From Rhodosorus marinus CCMP1338 (Eukaryota; Plantae; Rhodophyta), in contig JAMWBK010000006.1 of assembly GCA_029953675.1 (NCBI GenBank), positions 1,116,001 to 1,180,000 on the forward strand: 64,000 nucleotides of DNA, read 5' to 3'. The notes beneath the pieces are model-generated. The model did not search any database. It saw only the letters and a list, made by a program, of their open reading frames with translations, and had not been told where the DNA came from. The translations under genes were made by a program, and so were the position numbers. This document shows, piece after piece, positions 58,747 to 64,000 of the stretch (its first letter is position 1; every line of letters begins with the position of its first letter).

Positions 58747-59125
58747 ATGGAGGACGATGAGCGGGTAAGAGCAGCGAAAATGCGGCTTCGATTTCTCAAC
58801 GCTCTTCGAGCCGTTGAAGGTATGCATGCTTCTTGTTTTGAGCTTATCTGGATTTTGGAAGTTGAAGGTTCTCGGCTTACGATATTCGTCTTCTGAACAA
58901 GCACTTTCAATAACTCTTGCAGGTAGAACGGCATCCGTAGAGATGGTAGATGGTACGATGTTCAAAGACGTTAAGCTAGTTGCAGTCGGTGGAGATTCCT
59001 CGCCTCCAGTACTGGTAGATAATCTTGATACAGTGCTGGGTGTCCTGCCTCATGCAATACTCCGATGGACGGACATAGCAACGGTGACTGTATCAGTCAG
59101 GGAAAGGGAGGATCTAAACTCCTGA
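58747..59125 (+). CDS. GEMIN7: Gemin7 (SMN complex Sm-like subunit), 2 exons, 91 aa
   Basis: Exons 58747-58819 and 58923-59125 (GTATGC...TTGCAG intron) give MEDDERVRAAKMRLRFLNALRAVEGRTASVEMVDG...VLVDNLDTVLGVLPHAILRWTDI. This matches human Gemin7 as I recall it (ARAALRERYLRSLLAMVG...YVSQLQTPIGVQAEALLRCSDI). Confidence 0.8.
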
Positions 59126-60296
59126 ACAATTTCGCGAGCTTCGGGAAGAGCAGTGCTGGGAATAACACGTTCAAATAGAAACGTTGGTGGAGGGCACGGG
59201 ATGAGATCCAGATCGATAACAAGAAACCAACCCATCGAGGAGCAGTGGTATTTCCATCGATTCATCTCAGCTTAATAGGAGGAGACGCGCATGAAACGCT
59301 TGCCGTAGAGAGAGTGAGATGAACAAGACAGAGGCGGTATCGAGATTCTTTAAGGTCGAGAGGAAGAGGCTAACCCCAACTAGCAAAGGAGCTCAGAGCA
59401 ATACCCCACATCACTCACCCTCCTTCCCCAAAAAACTCCGTTTGGCCTAAATTATTCCCTCAATCTACCCAGAATTCCGCAAGACATTCTAAAAACACGA
59501 ACTCCACACTTTCGAGCAGAAAAATAAACAGTATTCAATAAGTCAACCACACAAACCTTTTAGTTACTACAAAAAAAAAATACCAATTCTCCCTCTAAAA
59601 AATACTAAAAACCCCATTCTAACATCATAACGTCAAAAATAACCTACAACAGACCAAAACTCCCAAAGAATTATATAAAACTTATCCCTCGTTTCGTCTA
59701 ATTTATGAACATCCCTCCCCCACCCTGTCCCAACGAGCCCCCTCAAAAAAGTGGGAAAAGGAAGGTTCCAGAAGTGATAGCTTTTTTTCTTCTTTTTTTC
59801 CGGGCACCGATTTATTAGCAAACGCCCTCAAAAAGGGCGCCCAAAAATAAAAAAGACATACCGACGAGACTTATTCATTTATAAGTATTAAGGATTTTCT
59901 AGTGTGGATTAGACGCCATTTTGGATTTGATAAATACTGTTTTTAATGCATTTTTGGTGGGGTTTTAAAGTGTATTTTTGGAGGGGGAGGGAGTTGGGAG
60001 GGAAGTGGAGCAAACGATCGTCTGCCGAGGGGGGGGGTAGAGAGGGGGAAGGCTGGTGACAGAGAGGGATCAAGTGGTCTATGGAGTACTGGTTTGGTAT
60101 CTTAGGAAATTTTTGGAGTCGATAGAGAGTTGGAGTGTAGGAGTGGGAAGGGAAAAGACGGGGACGGGGAAGGTCTTTTGGGAAAAATTTGTTTTGATGA
60201 GGTTAGGGGAAGAGTGGAAGGTTGGGTGTGGTTTTAGTTTTCTTGTTTGTGGGGGTTGGGGGGGGGGGGGAGGAGGTGTTTTTTTTTTTTTGAGTA

Positions 60297-62451
60297 ATGT
60301 CTCGGTTAATCTCTGAAGTCGTTGAGGAGTTTCAGAAGATCACTGGGTCTGACGATGAGTATGCTCGGTGGATAGTGGAGAAGAACGGAAGTGTTCTGCA
60401 GGATTCTCTGACTGAGCATTTTGGTTTGATGGATTCGCTGGGGATGAATTCGGTGACGATGAACCCGCCGGCGGCGGCTGCTGCTGCTGCTGCTGCTGAG
60501 AAGGAGGAGGCGGAAGCGGCTGGAACAGGACAGAGTTCAGCCGCTGGGCAGGTTGACGCAGCTGAAACAAGAGAGGAAAACGTGGCTATGGATGAGGATG
60601 ATGACGAGGTGGAGGTTGTAAGTGAGCATATAAACAGTAGCTCGCATAGTTCGATGGAGGAAAAGCGGTCGTCGAGATCTGCATTGATGGATAGTATTGC
60701 CTCAGGCGCCGCTCGCGCACCTACTAGGGCTTTTCAGGAACAAGTTCGCCGACCGTTCCCAATTTCTGAGAATGCGGCGAATGGATCGTCAGAGGGCGGG
60801 GGATTGGATGAGCTGTTTCGTGCCCCCGTTGAGATTACTTTCACTGGAGAATTCGACAGGGCTATGAGCTACGCGGAAGAACGAAAGAGATTACTACTTG
60901 TAAATATACAGTCCCCGGAGGAATTCAAATGCCAAGTTCTGAACAGGTACGAGAGGTCGCTGGAGACTCACAGCGAGACCAGAGTCCTGGATTGCTTGGA
61001 TGGCGTTTGTTTTAACCCAGCTCATCCGGTCGCCTTTTTTCTATTCTACAATCCGAAAAGGGACCTGTGGAAGAACGATGCCGTGTCCTCAGTAATCCAA
61101 GGACAACTAGTTTTCTGGCAGAGAAATCGAGAGACAGAAGACGGCCGGTTGTTTGCGGCTCGGTATCCGGTTTCGTCAGTGCCCTATGTAGTTATAATTG
61201 ATCCGCGTTCTGGAGAAATGTGAGTTGGCAATCCGCAAGCTACGAACCTATTTTGTCGATCGGTATCCAGTCCCGGAAAGACGGGCCGCTTGGAGAATGC
61301 GCTCTCTTGCCTTTATCTCTGTGAGTTTGTGCTTTTCTGATCCCAGGCTGTTTTTGGATTTGCAGACTCATGGAATTGGCAGATGGCACTCGGGAGCTGG
61401 TTGTCGACGAGTTCTTAACCAAGGTCCTTGATTTTCTGTCAAGTGCCGATTTGTGGAGCCAAAGTCGACCTCCGGCAACTCAGGCATCTTTACGAGAAGT
61501 TGTGCCCTTACACTCGTCTCAAGAGCATCCAACCGGTGCCACAGCGGTAACCTCAGGGGAAGTACTCGCGGAGTCAGCAGAGACAGACTTCAGGCCCCAA
61601 ATGGACTTGGATGAGGACCTCGCGCGGGCGATTGAGGCCTCACTGGACGCCGACGGCACTTCTGCGGACACTAGTACTCCGAGAATGATTTCGAGGTGAG
61701 GACTAGGTCGAACCACGGTGGATATGTCTACGGAACGATGGAATCAGAACTGATCTTCATTTCTTGATCCTATTATATCTTCACAGGCAGCAATCAGCAG
61801 CCAACCCAGAGCTCCAGAATCAGCGTAGTGTTCGCGAAACACAGGACCTTGAATACGAGATGTCACTCGCCGAAGACCGCGCTAGAGAGGAGTCCCTGCG
61901 TCAGGAACAACTCCGTGAAACTCGCGAGATAGAGGTGAGGATTGATCAAGATGAACTGGACCATGTTGGAGGATTGTTGCTTATCACCGTCCTTCTTCTG
62001 TTAACAGGAGCGAGAGCGTAAGGCAAAGGAGGTACAGGAGGACCAAGAACGGAGGGTACGGGAAGCCAAGGAGCGACGGGAGAGGAGATTGAGCCTGCTT
62101 CCGGAAGAGCCCGCAGCGAAAGCACCTAATTCTACGGCGCTCGCGATCAGAATCCCTGACGGAGATCGAATTAGTCGACGGTTCAATGCCACGGATACAC
62201 TGGACCACGTGTTTGAGTTTGTAGAGGCCACAACTGGTAATGCTCTGGGCTGACTTTGCATTCCGCCTTTCGCGTGACAACCGCTCGGACCTGACTCTCC
62301 GTGCTCTCATTGTTTGGTGTTCACAGGTCTTGACCTGAGCGGTTACGAGGTCATGGCGCAGTTTCCGAGAAAGGTTTTCCGAAGATCCTCAGAAACCCTT
62401 CGGGAAGCGGGTCTCACTCCGAACGGAAGCCTGATTGTTCATCTCCCGTGA
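60297..62451 (+). CDS. UBX-domain p97/Cdc48 adaptor (UBA-like, UAS, UIM, coiled coil, UBX); UBXN7/PUX7-like
   Basis: N-terminal VVEEFQKITGSDDEYARWIVE (UBA-like). UAS domain LFRAP...LLVNIQSPEEFKCQVLNR/DLW...PYVVIIDPRSGE; UIM DEDLARAIEASL; RETQDLEYEMSLAEDR. UBX IRIPDGDRISRRFNATDTL...FPRKVF...TLREAGLTP. TGA at 62449-62451. Confidence 0.92.
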
Positions 62452-63385
62452 TATCCTATGGCTGCCATTAATATGCTGTGCTTCAAATCTCCATGGGCTT
62501 GCACCCACTGATGAGGCAGAGTTCAGGAACGATGAGTTTCTTGCCTCGGGGGTGCTTTTTCATGTGTATTTGATTGAAAGATGTCTCCGAATGTAACTAT
62601 CTCGAATGCTTGTATTGCTAATCAGAGGGCGACGTGATATATTAACCAAGATTGGTCGCAGAGTAAAAACCAAGTGTGTTTTTCAGTGTCGACGGGTTAG
62701 CTTCGCAAGTTTTGAACATCTCGATTCGGGTTGGGACTGACATAGAACTAGTGCGGGAACAGAGTCCCGCGCGTGGCTGCTCTTTCAGCTGAAGCTTCAG
62801 GTAGCTGTTTTCTGGCTTACTTGTGGCATTGAGTCAGCTTGTGGACTCGCCTCCCCCTTTTCTCACAAACTGTGATCGATTCGTCGGTCACGTTCCTCAC
62901 AACAAGGTGGAAATGGAGCGAGATGCGTTGACAATGAGAATATTGGAAAGGACTCGCGGTTGCACCCTAGACGAGCGACTTGACAAAAGCAAGGACCCCT
63001 CTACACACAAGCGACTATCGTGCTCATTTTGTGGCGCTCCAGCTAGCTATCGCTCAACGTTAATTTGGGTATCATATTCGGACAGGTTGGGGGAGGGTCT
63101 CTCGTTGCACGAATATCCATACATAAGTTTCACTTCGCTTGCTAATTGCTTTCAACAGAATGTGCTTTCTTCTGCATTATCTTGAATCTAGAAATTTTGC
63201 ACCGGACTCCGTTCGAAAGAGGCCTGTTCACAGAGTGCACCGTTGCACGCAATTCGTTTTTTGCACCTTCTGAAAGCCTGGCAGTTGCTTCCCCCTTATT
63301 GTGGTAATAACTTCAAAGTGAACCTTGCACATGTGCAAGTCGAGATTGGGAAGGGGAGCAAGCGTAGAACACGCGACGCGTCGAA

Positions 63386-63431
63386 GAGCGCGAATATTGG
63401 GGGCCCCGCATGGCCCCCCATATTCGCGCTC
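63386..63431. other. Intergenic inverted repeat: 20-bp arms (1 mismatch), 6-nt loop
   Basis: gagcgcgaatattgggggcc (63386-63405) versus ggccccccatattcgcgctc (63412-63431), whose reverse complement is gagcgcgaatatggggggcc. Confidence 0.85.
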
Positions 63432-64000
63432 GACTCCTATATCCGCTGCTGAAGCTCTTCAACTGCGAGCCGCGCTGGAGTAACTTGCAATGCTCGGGAT
63501 TCTTGTCTCGTTCTGATCATCAGATCGGGCTGAGACAAAAAATCCGCACTCGGCTGAGAGACAAGCTCTGCCTATATGACGAAGGATCCTCATAAACCCA
63601 GCCGAGGCAGTTTCCCAAATCAGCGCGAGCTTCCAAGAAAATTGAGCAAAATGTCACCAGGAAAATTAATTCCTATTCAGTGAAAAATGTCTAGATTAAG
63701 AACTAACAGCCACGTTCTGGCTCTCCTGAAGATACCTGCCCGCAAAATTAAAACAGATAATCCTTGATCTGGCTTTCAAAAACTCGGCGTGGTATCGGGA
63801 TCCATTGGGCTGGCCAATGTGGGTTTTTACCAAACACGCGGTTCACAGAGCAGACGAGAACATAAGATTTTTCCTCTAGATGGAACCAATGCTGGCTTCG
63901 TGAACATGGGGATGTGTTTCTTGCCTGTGGATGAGCTTGCGGATCCGCTATTGATGCTCAATTGACGGATAGGCGGGATTCCTTCTGTAACCATCGTGTC

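Noticed and set aside
63770-64000. Possible last exon of a minus-strand gene at the window edge (...FGKNPHWPAQWIPIPRRVFESQIKDYLF*)
   Set aside because: Too short and truncated to support a call.

Overview
Nuclear DNA from a compact, intron-rich eukaryote with short GT-AG introns (mostly ~60-130 nt) and the standard genetic code. A marine alga or protist, possibly red-algal, is my inference and is not established here. Recognisable genes: RPS4, a stand-alone ZnT5/MTP12 N-terminal-domain membrane protein, a prenylcysteine-oxidase-like protein, two intronless secreted GH86 beta-porphyranase/agarase-like enzymes, a GT47 exostosin-type glycosyltransferase, VPS35, a BOD1/Shg1-like plus Tudor protein, E2F, a START-domain protein, an ACADSB-type acyl-CoA dehydrogenase, two gamma-glutamylcyclotransferases (one with a signal peptide), Gemin7, a UBX/UAS protein, tRNA-Arg(CCG) and an intron-containing tRNA-Tyr(GTA). 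The most striking element is a ~16 kb block (12040-27910). It holds two divergently oriented, bacterial-type GH86 galactanases with intact catalytic glutamates and CBM-like modules, followed by a GT47 gene, all among ordinary spliced eukaryotic genes. This is a candidate horizontally acquired locus for remodelling sulfated galactans. Also notable: a ~230-aa polyacidic luminal loop with RRLL/RRLQ motifs in the ZnT5-like protein, a ~30-unit degenerate 18-bp minisatellite rich in ACGTCA, and two strong non-coding hairpins. All family calls come from motif recognition by eye; no searches were run.
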